A DNA stretch of 64,000 nucleotides from positions 3,648,001 to 3,712,000 of the forward strand of contig OZ242311.1 of NCBI GenBank assembly GCA_965207885.1. Direction: 5' to 3'. Shown here piece by piece: positions 43,459-53,321 of this stretch. This DNA comes from Candidatus Latescibacterota bacterium (lineage in GTDB: Bacteria; Latescibacterota; UBA2968). The translations under genes and the position numbers were made by a program. The notes beneath the pieces are model-generated. The model had not been told where the DNA came from. It searched no databases and was given only the letters and a program-made list of their open reading frames with translations. Within the stretch, counting starts at the first letter, position 1; each line of letters begins with the position of its first letter.

Positions 43459-44373
43459 ATGACTGACCCCATTCAAAACTATGCGCGTATTGGTATTGTT
43501 CACTTTATGGCCTATAAAGCTTGTCTTGGCGGCGAAGGTCCCATTTTGGAAACCCTGGAAAAAATCGCCCTTGATCCCTATTTCCAGGTCGTTGAAGTCA
43601 CCCACATGAAAGACCCACAAGTGCGAACAGAAGCACGCGACTTGCTCACCGCTGCCCACATGGATGTGGCTTTTGGCGCGCAACCCATTCTGCTGGGTAA
43701 CCAACTCAATATCAATGCCCCTGATGTCGCCCACCGTCAAAGTGCTGTTGACGCTGTCAAAGCGGGAATTGACCAGGCCGAAGAACTCGGTGCTCCTGGC
43801 TGTGCCCTGCTTTCAGGTGTAGATCCGGGCCCCGAAGCCCGCGAAGAAGGTCTCGATCTGCTGGTAGATTCTTTGAGCCAACTCTGCGACTATGCCGGCG
43901 AAAAGAATATGGATATTGTACTTGAAACCTTTGACCGCGTACCTTACGGCAAAAACTGTATTGTGGGGCCTAATGCCCTCGCTGTTGAAATCTCAAACCG
44001 CCTCAGACGCCAGTATCCCCATTTTGGCCTGATGCTCGATTTGAGCCATTTTCCACTTCAGGGTGAAAGCACGGTTTACGCCATCAACATCGCTCGGGAT
44101 CACATCGTCCACATGCACGTTGGCAATTGCGTAATGTCCAACCCCAACCACCCGGCCTATGGCGATAACCATCCCCGCTTTGGCTGCGAAGATGGCGAAA
44201 ACGATGTACCCGAAGTTGTGGAATTTCTCCGCGAACTGCTCAACATCGGTTATCTCGACCCCGATAAGCGCCCCATCTTGAGCTTTGAGGTCGGCCCAAT
44301 GGAAGGGGAATCCTCGGAAATCATTATCGCCAATGCCAAGCGCGTGCTCGACGAGGCCTGGGCGCAAGTCTAA
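43459..44373 (+). CDS. Sugar phosphate isomerase/epimerase (xylose-isomerase-like TIM barrel)
   Basis: Metal-ligand pattern LETFD..LDLSH..HMHVGN..SFEV; AGGAG RBS before ATG 43459. Confidence 0.8.
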   Translation: MTDPIQNYARIGIVHFMAYKACLGGEGPILETLEKIALDPYFQVVEVTHMKDPQVRTEARDLLTAAHMDVAFGAQPILLGNQLNINAPDVAHRQSAVDAVKAGIDQAEELGAPGCALLSGVDPGPEAREEGLDLLVDSLSQLCDYAGEKNMDIVLETFDRVPYGKNCIVGPNALAVEISNRLRRQYPHFGLMLDLSHFPLQGESTVYAINIARDHIVHMHVGNCVMSNPNHPAYGDNHPRFGCEDGENDVPEVVEFLRELLNIGYLDPDKRPILSFEVGPMEGESSEIIIANAKRVLDEAWAQV

Positions 44374-44388
44374 ACGCACACAAATTAC

Positions 44389-44431
44389 AATAACCGGGCT
44401 TTCCCAAAAGAGAAGGTCCGGCTATTTTTTT
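44389..44431 (+). terminator. Intrinsic terminator between convergent genes
   Basis: CCGGGCTTTC...GAAGGTCCGG then CTATTTTTTT. Confidence 0.7.
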
Positions 44432-44443
44432 ATTTCGATATGC

Positions 44444-45202
44444 TCAATTCCAATATTCACTTCGCGCAGGCGGTCCGGGCTTTAACGCCCTGCGAATCAA
44501 CAGACCCAAAACCCGGGTGAAAACCACCATTAAAAAAAAATTAAACATAGCAGTCAGCACCACCCCAATCAGGGATAGCTGTCCCAATATCAAACTGCCG
44601 AGCAGAGATATCCCAAATAGACCAAAACACGCTTGAATATAATCGACCCTCACAATCTGGCGCAAATCCCGCCAAACAGGCCCCGGTTCAAATGCCATCC
44701 ACACCCGCCCTTCGGCAGCAAATCGCGTAAATACAATGGGAAAAAATCCGTAAAAAAAGATAACCGTGAATATCAGCAATAGCGACAAAGCCCCGGCCTC
44801 TTCTACAGAACTCGGTATCAAACCCAATACCGAAACCACCATTACAAAACCCGCAACTCCAATGACAGTGTATCCCAGGACAATGAGGAATAACCAGAAG
44901 CCCGCCACCCCGTAAGCCCACCAATTGCTCCATGAGGGTAAGTTCAGTGATTCAGTACCGTTGAGCGCATCGACAAAAATCCGGTATAAGTAGCCCCAGG
45001 CAATGCACAAAAGCCCTATGGTCACAATCAGCAACACGCCCCCCATCCCAGGCCCAATTTGCCCGGTGAAAATCAGCACCAGCACCAGTGCAGGCGGCAA
45101 ATTTAATACGCCGCCCGGGATAATTTTCCCCCACCAGCGCGGCGTATTAAACAGGGAGCGAAGTGTATTAAACAAAATAATGCCAAACATAGCTTTCCAC
45201 AT
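44444..45202 (-). CDS. Integral membrane protein, DUF4013-like
   Basis: About 6 TM segments; WWGKII.GG, GYLYR, LPSWSNW pattern; ATG directly after the CGS stop. Confidence 0.6.
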   Translation of the reverse strand: MWKAMFGIILFNTLRSLFNTPRWWGKIIPGGVLNLPPALVLVLIFTGQIGPGMGGVLLIVTIGLLCIAWGYLYRIFVDALNGTESLNLPSWSNWWAYGVAGFWLFLIVLGYTVIGVAGFVMVVSVLGLIPSSVEEAGALSLLLIFTVIFFYGFFPIVFTRFAAEGRVWMAFEPGPVWRDLRQIVRVDYIQACFGLFGISLLGSLILGQLSLIGVVLTAMFNFFLMVVFTRVLGLLIRRALKPGPPARSEYWN

Positions 45203-45203
45203 G

Positions 45204-46397
45204 TCAGACTGCGTCAAGTGCCTGTCCGACATCGACAATAATATCCTCGGTGTCTTCAATGCCTACGGCATAGCGCACCAACTCATCGGCAATGCCAATT
45301 GCCAATCGGTCTTCGCGCGCCAATTCGTAATACGAAATAGATGCGGGATGCGAAACGAGACTCTCCACCCCTCCCAGACTAGCCCCGATACACGGAATTT
45401 TCAAGCGGTCAATAAAATCCAGCGTACCTGCCTCATTCGCATCTAAATCAAAACTTACCAGCCCACCAAATCCACGCATCTGCGCTTTGGCAACATCGTG
45501 GTGTGGGTGGCTTTCCAAACCTGGATAATACACGCGCTTTACCCGATCGTGATTTTCCAAAAACCGCGCCAACATCAGCGCTGTTTCATTTTGCTTACCC
45601 ATTCGCAGTGGAAAAGTCTTGATCCCACGGATCAACAAATAAGCGCAATGAGGATCGATCACCCCTCCCAAAATACCTCGATAGTCTCGAATCGCACCAA
45701 CAAGGGGCGCATTGCCCAGCACAGCACCAGCCATCAAATCGTTGTGCCCCCCCAAATATTTGGTCGCCGAATGAATGACCAGATCGACGCCAAATTCGAG
45801 CGGACGCTGGTTTAAGGGCGTGGCAAATGTGCTGTCAATAATCGTCTTGACCCGATGCCTTCTTCCAATATCAACCAGTTTTTCCAGATCGATCACATTG
45901 AGATGTGGATTGGTCGGAGATTCGGAAATAATTACCCGCGTGTTATCCCTGACTGCACCTTCTAATTCGGCGTAATCACCCGCGTGAACAAATGTAGTTT
46001 CAATGCCAAATTTTCGCAACACCATCTGGCAAAATTGTGCGGTCTTGCGATAGCAGTCATCCATAATCACTGCATGGTTTCCGGTTGATAGCATGCCCAG
46101 TAGCGTAGTCGTCACAGCACTCATACCCGAAGAAAATAAAATAGCGGCCTCCGCGCCTTCCAATTCTGCGAGCTTGGATTCTGCGGCATGCTGTGTTGGA
46201 TTGCCGTAGCGCCCATAGTCAATCTGTGGGTTTTGACCATCTACAAACGCTTTAACCGCATGCGTATCTTCAAATACATAAGTCGATGTCTGCGCAATGG
46301 GCACTGTCAGAGATTTTCCCCAGTGTCCCCTTTCTTCACCTGCATGAACAGCCCGTGTCCCCGAACAGGGCGCGTGCGTCTCGCACTTTTCAGACAT
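45204..46397 (-). CDS. metB: Cystathionine gamma-synthase, plant-like (Cys/Met metabolism PLP enzyme)
   Basis: YGRYGNPT, DCYRKT, ESPTNP, FATPLNQ, HSATKYLGGHND; preceded by a SAM riboswitch. Confidence 0.85.
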   Translation of the reverse strand: MSEKCETHAPCSGTRAVHAGEERGHWGKSLTVPIAQTSTYVFEDTHAVKAFVDGQNPQIDYGRYGNPTQHAAESKLAELEGAEAAILFSSGMSAVTTTLLGMLSTGNHAVIMDDCYRKTAQFCQMVLRKFGIETTFVHAGDYAELEGAVRDNTRVIISESPTNPHLNVIDLEKLVDIGRRHRVKTIIDSTFATPLNQRPLEFGVDLVIHSATKYLGGHNDLMAGAVLGNAPLVGAIRDYRGILGGVIDPHCAYLLIRGIKTFPLRMGKQNETALMLARFLENHDRVKRVYYPGLESHPHHDVAKAQMRGFGGLVSFDLDANEAGTLDFIDRLKIPCIGASLGGVESLVSHPASISYYELAREDRLAIGIADELVRYAVGIEDTEDIIVDVGQALDAV

Positions 46398-46409
46398 GCG
46401 CCATCTCCC

Positions 46410-46439
46410 AAAAAAAAAGCGGAGCCACAAAAGCCCCGC
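46410..46439 (-). terminator. Second terminator-like hairpin in the metB leader, abutting the RBS
   Basis: GCGGGGC-ttttgtg-GCTCCGC followed by T9, then GGGAGA. Confidence 0.7.
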
Positions 46440-46448
46440 GCAGTACGC

Positions 46449-46476
46449 AAAAAACCGGACTAAAAAGCCCGGTTTT
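46449..46476 (-). terminator. First terminator-like hairpin in the metB leader
   Basis: AAAACCGGGC-ttttta-GTCCGGTTTTTT. Confidence 0.7.
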
Positions 46477-46484
46477 GGAAATAA

Positions 46485-46537
46485 CTTTTTAGCGACTTGT
46501 TTAAAGTGGCTGCAATATGCCGCAAATCACCACTCAC
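46485..46537 (-). ncRNA. SAM-II (SAM_alpha-type) riboswitch aptamer
   Basis: GAGUGGUGAUUUGCGGCAUAUUGCAGCCACUUUAAACAAGUCGCUAAAAAG matches the SAM-II pattern GUGGUGAUUU...UUGCAGCCAC.UUAAA.AAGUCGCUAAA; lies upstream of a Met biosynthesis gene. Confidence 0.85.
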
Positions 46538-46554
46538 TATAGCTGTGTTTTGGG

Positions 46555-46583
46555 AATGTAAACAAAACCTCCAACCATGTCAA
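46555..46583 (-). promoter_or_regulatory. sigma70-type promoter of the riboswitch-metB transcript
   Basis: TTGACA-N17-TACATT immediately after the thrC stop codon. Confidence 0.75.
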
Positions 46584-47945
46584 CTATCGGTTGGCTTCAA
46601 TCCGATCGAAAATCGCCTTTTTTACCGCATCGACTTCAGGAGGCAACACAACGGGTTCATTTTGGTAATGCGGGCCGACACCCCAGTCCTGTAACTGATC
46701 CCGATGATACCCGAGCTTAAATTCGCTAAACTTCAACCCGTGAGCCGTTGAAATCACGATCACCCGATCGCTTTTCTGAATCACACCCCTTTCAACCAAC
46801 TTGAACAATGCTGCGAAAGCCACCCCGGTATGCGGGCAGGCAAACAAACCCGTGCGGTCGGCACGCGCAGCCGCATCGGCCAATTCCTCCTCGCTGGCTT
46901 GCTCCACGACACCACCAAATATTTTGAGCGTTTGAATCGCCTTTTCCCGACTCACTGGATTGCCGATCTGGATCGCACTCGCCAATGTCGGCTGTGCCTG
47001 AATCGGTTCAAAACTATCAAAATTCTTTTCAAAACTCTGGTAGAGCGGGTTTGCCCTATCGGCCTGGGCAACCGCAATGCGCGGCAACCGGTCAATGAGA
47101 CCGAGGGCTTCCATTTCGAGAAACCCCTTACCAAGCGCACTCACATTGCCCAGATTTCCGCCGGGAATCACAACCCAATCGGGCACGTCCCAATCAAATT
47201 GTTGCACCAATTCAATGCTGATCGTTTTTTGTCCCTCTACCCGCAGTGAATTCATCGAATTGGCCAAATAAATATTCTCCTCGCGGCAAATCTCCTGCAC
47301 GAGCCTCATACATCCATCAAAGTCCGTCTCCAAACTCAGCACCAGCGCACCATTGGCCAGGGGTTGCAAAAGTTGTGCGGTCGAGATTTTGTCCCTCGGC
47401 AAAAAGACCACCGATTGTATGCCCGCCGCCGCACAATACGCAGCCAATGCCGCCGAGGTGTCCCCAGTAGATGCACACGCAACCGCCGGAATACGCGCCC
47501 CCTCAAACAGCATCTGTTTCACCATGGATACCAGCACCGTCATGCCCAAATCTTTGAACGACCCCGTATGGCTGTTACCACATTGCTTAACCCACAAATC
47601 CTCAACGCCAATTTCGCGCCCTAAACGCTCGGCCCAAAACAGATTGCTTCCCCCTTCGTACATCGACACCACATTGTCTTCGTGAACTACGGGGCAGACC
47701 AGTTCTTTTTTCCCCCACACCGAACTGCCATAAGGCCATTCTGTCGTCATATAGCGCTTATCAAACAACCCGCGCCAATAACTGCCCGACTTGCGTTTGA
47801 GCACCTCCATATCGTGCGCCACTTCAAGCAATCCCCCGCACGTTGGGCATGCGTAAATCACATCCGTCAACGCATATCGCCCCTCGCACCCTCGAAAACA
47901 CCGAAACCACGCATTATAAGTTGTATCGTCCATAATCACCGCCAT
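46584..47945 (-). CDS. thrC: Threonine synthase, plant-like
   Basis: [67 protein letters not shown]; start set behind the GAGGA RBS. Confidence 0.92.
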   Translation of the reverse strand: MAVIMDDTTYNAWFRCFRGCEGRYALTDVIYACPTCGGLLEVAHDMEVLKRKSGSYWRGLFDKRYMTTEWPYGSSVWGKKELVCPVVHEDNVVSMYEGGSNLFWAERLGREIGVEDLWVKQCGNSHTGSFKDLGMTVLVSMVKQMLFEGARIPAVACASTGDTSAALAAYCAAAGIQSVVFLPRDKISTAQLLQPLANGALVLSLETDFDGCMRLVQEICREENIYLANSMNSLRVEGQKTISIELVQQFDWDVPDWVVIPGGNLGNVSALGKGFLEMEALGLIDRLPRIAVAQADRANPLYQSFEKNFDSFEPIQAQPTLASAIQIGNPVSREKAIQTLKIFGGVVEQASEEELADAAARADRTGLFACPHTGVAFAALFKLVERGVIQKSDRVIVISTAHGLKFSEFKLGYHRDQLQDWGVGPHYQNEPVVLPPEVDAVKKAIFDRIEANR

Positions 47946-47958
47946 TATAGATGATTCC

Positions 47959-48726
47959 TCAAATTCTCTCCAACGCCTGCGCCTCAATCCAGCCGCCGAG
48001 GCCCGAGCGCAGGCGCACCAACAGCCATCCACCTTCAACGCGTTCAATCTCGACCTTCGTGCCCTCGTGAAGTGCGAACACCTGTAAAAAGTCGGGCCCT
48101 GGCCCACTGCGACCAATGGCCTCATCCACCAAAATGATAGCTTTGGGAATGCTGTGTTGATGCGCCTTAAACGCCAGCATAGCCGCACTGCCCAAAAGTC
48201 CGCCCACAAAAACCACCAGCAACCCACCCCATAGCAAACGACGGACCGGCACAAAAATCCAACACATCGCCACACCGCCTATAGAAAAAACAAACACACA
48301 AACCATAACTGCCAGCGCATCGAGGGGAAAAAAATCAAAAATCGCTTGCAAAATCCGCGTCAAAATATTGACCTCATCTTCGTTTTCTCGATCTATCTTC
48401 TGGGCATTGGCAAACTGCAAATTCGCCAGAACATCCCGATCGCCCGGCATCAAATTCAAAGCGCGTTCATAAGATAAAATCGCACGCCCGAGTTGCGCAT
48501 TTTTAAAATACGCATTGCCCAGATTATAATACACCTCACCATTATTCAGCCCCTGGGCAATAACGCGCTCATAAGCCGAAATCGCCGCATCAAAATCCCC
48601 GGCGCGATAGTGTTCATTACCCCGATTGTACAGCGCGACAAGAGCTTCTGAGGCGAATACCGCATCTACGCCAAGTATCGCAACTGCGACAACGGGGTAT
48701 AACAACCGTACTATCACCGTCCTCAT
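47959..48726 (-). CDS. batE: BatE-like TPR/SH3 membrane protein
   Basis: [22 protein letters not shown], two TM helices, LHEGTKV...GWI. Confidence 0.85.
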   Translation of the reverse strand: MRTVIVRLLYPVVAVAILGVDAVFASEALVALYNRGNEHYRAGDFDAAISAYERVIAQGLNNGEVYYNLGNAYFKNAQLGRAILSYERALNLMPGDRDVLANLQFANAQKIDRENEDEVNILTRILQAIFDFFPLDALAVMVCVFVFSIGGVAMCWIFVPVRRLLWGGLLVVFVGGLLGSAAMLAFKAHQHSIPKAIILVDEAIGRSGPGPDFLQVFALHEGTKVEIERVEGGWLLVRLRSGLGGWIEAQALERI

Positions 48727-48728
48727 GA

Positions 48729-50573
48729 CTAAATACACCGCTCCAGCGCACCGATCAAATCTTCGGTCTGCGCGAACAAAGCCTGCATCTGCTCTGCCGA
48801 AATCTGCCCCGGCGCAAACCGCGCCTGATCGCATTGACCAAATACGTCCTGGACGCCTGCAATCACCTGTGCATCTACACCGCGTTCCACCAGCATAGCA
48901 CCAATCTGATCCGCTGTCAAACCAGCTGCTACACGATTGGTTCGATCTGCGACAAACTGCGACAAAGACCTGTGAACTTCACCGTGAAAACCCGCGCTAT
49001 CGCCCGCCTCCATTAACCCTCTCGCCTTGCCCAAACGCCGCTGTGCTTCCGAGCGCGAACGCCTTCTGCGCGCATAAGCCACATCGCCTTCTAAACGCAC
49101 GCGATGACGTCGATAAGCGTAAGCACCAGCCACTCCCAAAACGGGAATTAGCTGCAAAAACCAAAACCCACTGCGCTGATAGAGCAACAAGCCCTGATCG
49201 GCCAAATGCATCCGGTCGGGTTTGATATACCGGATATCTCTCCCCAGCGCACGCACTTCTTCACCCGGCAACCCATCAACCGGCTGGGGCATCTGTTCAC
49301 CCGGCGTCACCTGCAACGCGATGGGCTTGGTTTGCACAGTTTTATACAGCTTCTGCACAGGATCAAAATAGGCCAGTGTAAAAGGCGGCAATATCACCTG
49401 CCCTGTTTTATACGGAATCGCCACATACTCAAAAGTTTTTTGTCCGCTTATGCGCGTGCCACGCTTTCGCGTTTCCAAATTCGTCTTGGGATCATAAAAC
49501 TTAAAACCCGACCGCTCCGGACGAATAGGCTCGTTAATCGCGTGCAAATTTCCCGCCCCCTGCACCACCACCTTCACCGCAACGGGATCGCCGGCTTTCA
49601 CCGTACCGGGAATCGCCTCTGCGCGCATCTCAAATTTCCCAACGGTGCCGCCAAACCCCTTCGGCGCACCAGCAGGCAACGGTATCACCTCAATTTCTAT
49701 ATCGCCCGACCGCACCGCCACCTGCTGCGTGTCAAACGCACCAAATGGATCAAAATCGAACAGACCGCGCGACCGCCGACCCCCAACAACTTCGCAATTC
49801 ACCTCAAGTTGCTCAAGGGTGTGCTTACCTGCCGTTGTCGGAAACAGCGCCAAACGCTTGAGCAATGCCGTATTAAACGCGCGCCCATCGACAACCTCTC
49901 GCTGCATATTCAAACGCTGGGCATCAAACACAGTCTCTGCCCAAAACCCCGTAAATGTCGGCACATGGCCGTATTGCACATTTCGCAAATCATAGCGCGT
50001 AAACAATTTATAGGTCACCCCCACCTGTTCCCCCACATAAACCATCCGCTTTTCGGGAATCGCCTGCAAAAATAAATTTTGTTCAATCTCCTGAATCTCT
50101 GACTGTCCCATTGACCGTCCCGTTGATGGCGCGGGGCGCGTCTGCGGGCGACCACTCCTTTTCACCACCTCAATGCGTACCTGATCGGACCGAAGCGTCT
50201 TACCTTCATGGGCCAACTGTGCCGGACCAAGCACATGGGTGCCTACTCTCTGTGCGCGAAAAGAGAAAACATACGTCGTCGTGCGCTTTGTTGTCATCCC
50301 GCCATTGACAATATTGACAGACATTGACGTAGAGGACGTACTACCCGTTAATTGCAACCCATCAGGCGTGGGAACCTGAGGTGCAGACACACTACCCATC
50401 TGCGCGGCCTCAACCTCCACCCTGAACTGAATCAAATCGCCGACTTCGACCCGATTCCGATCCACTGAAGCCCTTATCATCACATCCTGTGCATCAATCC
50501 CCTGTGCCCACAATAGAGCAAAAAAAACACCGCACAAAAATATCCATCTTTTCCTACCATGCATTGCCATCAT
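48729..50573 (-). CDS. batD: BatD family protein
   Basis: ASVDRN, VYVGEQ, G.VGKF, G.GNL, DIRYIK, ARFAP; bat operon context. Confidence 0.85.
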   Translation of the reverse strand: MMAMHGRKRWIFLCGVFFALLWAQGIDAQDVMIRASVDRNRVEVGDLIQFRVEVEAAQMGSVSAPQVPTPDGLQLTGSTSSTSMSVNIVNGGMTTKRTTTYVFSFRAQRVGTHVLGPAQLAHEGKTLRSDQVRIEVVKRSGRPQTRPAPSTGRSMGQSEIQEIEQNLFLQAIPEKRMVYVGEQVGVTYKLFTRYDLRNVQYGHVPTFTGFWAETVFDAQRLNMQREVVDGRAFNTALLKRLALFPTTAGKHTLEQLEVNCEVVGGRRSRGLFDFDPFGAFDTQQVAVRSGDIEIEVIPLPAGAPKGFGGTVGKFEMRAEAIPGTVKAGDPVAVKVVVQGAGNLHAINEPIRPERSGFKFYDPKTNLETRKRGTRISGQKTFEYVAIPYKTGQVILPPFTLAYFDPVQKLYKTVQTKPIALQVTPGEQMPQPVDGLPGEEVRALGRDIRYIKPDRMHLADQGLLLYQRSGFWFLQLIPVLGVAGAYAYRRHRVRLEGDVAYARRRRSRSEAQRRLGKARGLMEAGDSAGFHGEVHRSLSQFVADRTNRVAAGLTADQIGAMLVERGVDAQVIAGVQDVFGQCDQARFAPGQISAEQMQALFAQTEDLIGALERCI

Positions 50574-51279
50574 ATCGCCTGCCCCGCAACTTCAATTTGC
50601 GTCGCTTCTGAGACTCTTCTTCTCGCGCCTTCATCGCATTGAGAATTCGAGCCGCCTCCTCGGGTGTCATCTCTCTGGGATCGGGCTGTTGGCCCTGCTG
50701 TTGTTTCTGCTGATCTCGCTGATCCTGCCCATCCTGATCTTGTTGATTCTGGTCTTGCTGATCCTGTTGATTCTGGTCCTGATTTTGACTTTGGTCCTGC
50801 TGATCCTGGTTTTGATCTTGATTTTTATCCTGTTCATCTTGCCCATCCTGACCATCCTGATCCAGTTTTTCCAATGCCAATTCCAGATTAATTTTGGCAT
50901 CTATATCATCCGGCTTCAGTTCCAATGATTTCTTATAAGCTCCCACAGCCTCTTGGAATTTCTCCTGCCGAAACAGCGCATTGCCCAAATTGTAATGTGC
51001 AGCAGCAGACATATCCGGATGAGTACCTTCGGTGGCACGCCCCATCTCCTGCAAAGCCTCGGCATATTTCCCCTGCTTGTAGAGTGCATCGCCAGCATTA
51101 AAATGCAACTCCGGTCGGGACCTCGCCTCTTGTTGTGCTTCCAAATACCGACGCAACGCGGCTTCGTACTCCCCCTTCTCAAACAGAGCATTGCCCTCTT
51201 CATTCTTTTTTGCCACGGGATCGAGAAATGTCCACCCCAAAAATGGCAACATCAGCAAAACATATAAAAATCGCTTCAT
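50554..51279 (-). CDS. batC: BatC-like TPR protein with Gln/Asp-rich linker
   Basis: GNALFEKGEYEAA, AHYNLGNALF, DAKINLELA, Q/D tract, EEAARILNA. Confidence 0.85.
   Translation of the reverse strand: MKRFLYVLLMLPFLGWTFLDPVAKKNEEGNALFEKGEYEAALRRYLEAQQEARSRPELHFNAGDALYKQGKYAEALQEMGRATEGTHPDMSAAAHYNLGNALFRQEKFQEAVGAYKKSLELKPDDIDAKINLELALEKLDQDGQDGQDEQDKNQDQNQDQQDQSQNQDQNQQDQQDQNQQDQDGQDQRDQQKQQQGQQPDPREMTPEEAARILNAMKAREEESQKRRKLKLRGRRYDGNAW
50690..50862 (-). repeat. Low-complexity Gln/Asp/Asn coding repeat
   Basis: QDGQDGQDEQDKNQDQNQDQQDQSQNQDQNQQDQQDQNQQDQDGQDQ. Confidence 0.85.
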
Positions 51280-51296
51280 AACCTCACGTCCATAGT

Positions 51297-52322
51297 CTAA
51301 GTCTCAAATCGCCCGCGCCATGCTTCTTCACTGCGTCGCCGATCCGATAACAGAGCCTCGCTCACAAAACACAACAGAGCAAGAGCCAACGGCCATTGAA
51401 ACCTGTGAATATACTGTGCGTAACGCTGCGTACCCAAATCGCGCTTCTCCATCTCTGAAATCCGTTCATGCACCGCCTGCAATCCAATCCCCCCACCGCT
51501 GGCGCGCACATATAATCCATCGGTCACACGCGCAATCTCCTTCAAGGTTGCTTCATCCAAACGCGTCTTGACAATCTTGCCCTCAGTATCCTTCAAATAA
51601 TCTACCCTATCGCCATCGCGGACCGGAATCAACTCACCTTCCGCAGTCCCCACACCCACAGCAAAAATTCGTACATCTTCCTCCGCTGCCGCTCGCGCTG
51701 CTGCAATGGGATCACCCCCGTGATTTTCGCCATCCGTAATCAAAATGAGCGCTTTGTATTTCCCATTGCGCGACCCAAATCCTCTAATGGCGGCGCGAAT
51801 CGCTTCGGCAACCGCTGTACCCTGCTCTGAAATCAATGTGATATCTGCCTGTCCCAAAAACATCTTTGCCGCGCCATAATCCAGCGTAAGCGGACAGAGT
51901 ACATGGCTATAACCGGCAAAAGCCACAAGGCCGATGCGGTCGCCTTCAAGGCGATCGATCAACCCCTCAATTTCAAAACGCGCGCGATCCAGCCTGTTGG
52001 GCTTAATATCCTCGGCCAGCATACTCAACGACGTATCCAGAACAATCACCAGATCGACGCCACGGCGATGGATCAATTCCAATTCGGTGCCGAACTGCGG
52101 TTGCACCAGTGCAAGAATCAAAAAAAGGAATCCGACACACACCAGCGAGGATTTTATGCTTTGCCGCATGCGACTGACGCCCGAAGCGAGTTTATCCACC
52201 AACTCAGGAGCACCAAACGCATACAGTGCCTTGCGCTTGCGCCGAAAAGCCCACCAATAAAAAAGCGCGAAAACCGGCACGCATAATAGCAAATAAAAAG
52301 CCTGTGGATCGCCAAATCGCAT
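51297..52322 (-). CDS. batB: BatB-like VWA-domain protein
   Basis: MIDAS motif DTSLSM, PNRL, PLTLDY, LITDGE. Confidence 0.88.
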   Translation of the reverse strand: MRFGDPQAFYLLLCVPVFALFYWWAFRRKRKALYAFGAPELVDKLASGVSRMRQSIKSSLVCVGFLFLILALVQPQFGTELELIHRRGVDLVIVLDTSLSMLAEDIKPNRLDRARFEIEGLIDRLEGDRIGLVAFAGYSHVLCPLTLDYGAAKMFLGQADITLISEQGTAVAEAIRAAIRGFGSRNGKYKALILITDGENHGGDPIAAARAAAEEDVRIFAVGVGTAEGELIPVRDGDRVDYLKDTEGKIVKTRLDEATLKEIARVTDGLYVRASGGGIGLQAVHERISEMEKRDLGTQRYAQYIHRFQWPLALALLCFVSEALLSDRRRSEEAWRGRFET

Positions 52323-53321
52323 CTAAGGCAACCTCCGAAATCGCGTATTGCCCAGCACCAATTCCAACGATAGTAGTGCTAACCCGGGATAGAGAAACAG
52401 GTAAAACAACTCGCGATAATCCACATACTCGCGCACTTTGATCTCGGTCTTTTCCATTTCGCCAATCTCGGCGTATATCTCCTCCAGCTTTTCTTCACTC
52501 GTCGCTCTGAAATATTTCCCACCTGTTGCATCCGCCACTTTTTTAAGCGTATCTTCATCAATTTCAACTTTGACCGGTACAAATCGCTTACCAAAAATCC
52601 CATCAACCTCCTGCATAATCGTACCCCTGCTACCTGCACCAATCGCATAAATGCGAACACCCACAGCCTCTGCTGCGCGCGCCGCGGTCATCGGATCGAT
52701 CTCACCGCGATTATTCTTCCCATCTGTCAACAAAATAATCACCTTACTCTTGGCCTCAGATTCTCGCAAACGATTCACCGCAGTTGCGATCCCCAAACCA
52801 ATCGCAGTGCCATCCCAGTCCTTGCTGGCAATTTCAACACCTTCGAGAAAACTCAAAAATACGCCGTAATCCAGCGTAAGCGGACATTGCGTATAGGCTT
52901 CTGCGGCAAAGACCACAAGCCCCAGGCGATCATTGGCGCGCCCCTGTGCAAATTGCGCCACCACCTCTTTACACACTTCCAACCGCGTCTTGCGCTGGTC
53001 CGCCAGATCTTTGGCCTCCATACTGCTCGAAACATCAATCGCCAGCGCAATATCAATACCCTGGCTCAAAATTTCTCGGCCTTCACGCCCCGACTGCGGC
53101 CGCGCCATCGCCGCGATGAGCAAAGCCAGAGCCACACAGCGAAACGCGATCAAACTGTGCCGCAACTTTAAAAAAAAGGACGGGCCAATACGCCGAAAAA
53201 GGCGCGTATCGGAAAAACGTATGCGCCCCGACTTGCGCCTTTCGCGCCCAATATAGCGATAGATGAGCACCGGAATAAACAACAGGATCAGTAACCACTC
53301 TGGATTGGCAAAACGCATCAC
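52323..53321 (-). CDS. batA: BatA-like VWA-domain protein
   Basis: ARPQ, DVSSSM, DGTAIG, SKVIILLTDG.NN.GEIDP, TGGKYFRA. Confidence 0.9.
   Translation of the reverse strand: MMRFANPEWLLILLFIPVLIYRYIGRERRKSGRIRFSDTRLFRRIGPSFFLKLRHSLIAFRCVALALLIAAMARPQSGREGREILSQGIDIALAIDVSSSMEAKDLADQRKTRLEVCKEVVAQFAQGRANDRLGLVVFAAEAYTQCPLTLDYGVFLSFLEGVEIASKDWDGTAIGLGIATAVNRLRESEAKSKVIILLTDGKNNRGEIDPMTAARAAEAVGVRIYAIGAGSRGTIMQEVDGIFGKRFVPVKVEIDEDTLKKVADATGGKYFRATSEEKLEEIYAEIGEMEKTEIKVREYVDYRELFYLFLYPGLALLSLELVLGNTRFRRLP

Noticed and set aside
47946-48275. N-terminal extension of threonine synthase in the 563-aa ORF (possible MTO1-like or transit peptide)
   Set aside because: It overlaps batE in another frame, and an RBS precedes ATG 47945; an ORF-calling artefact.
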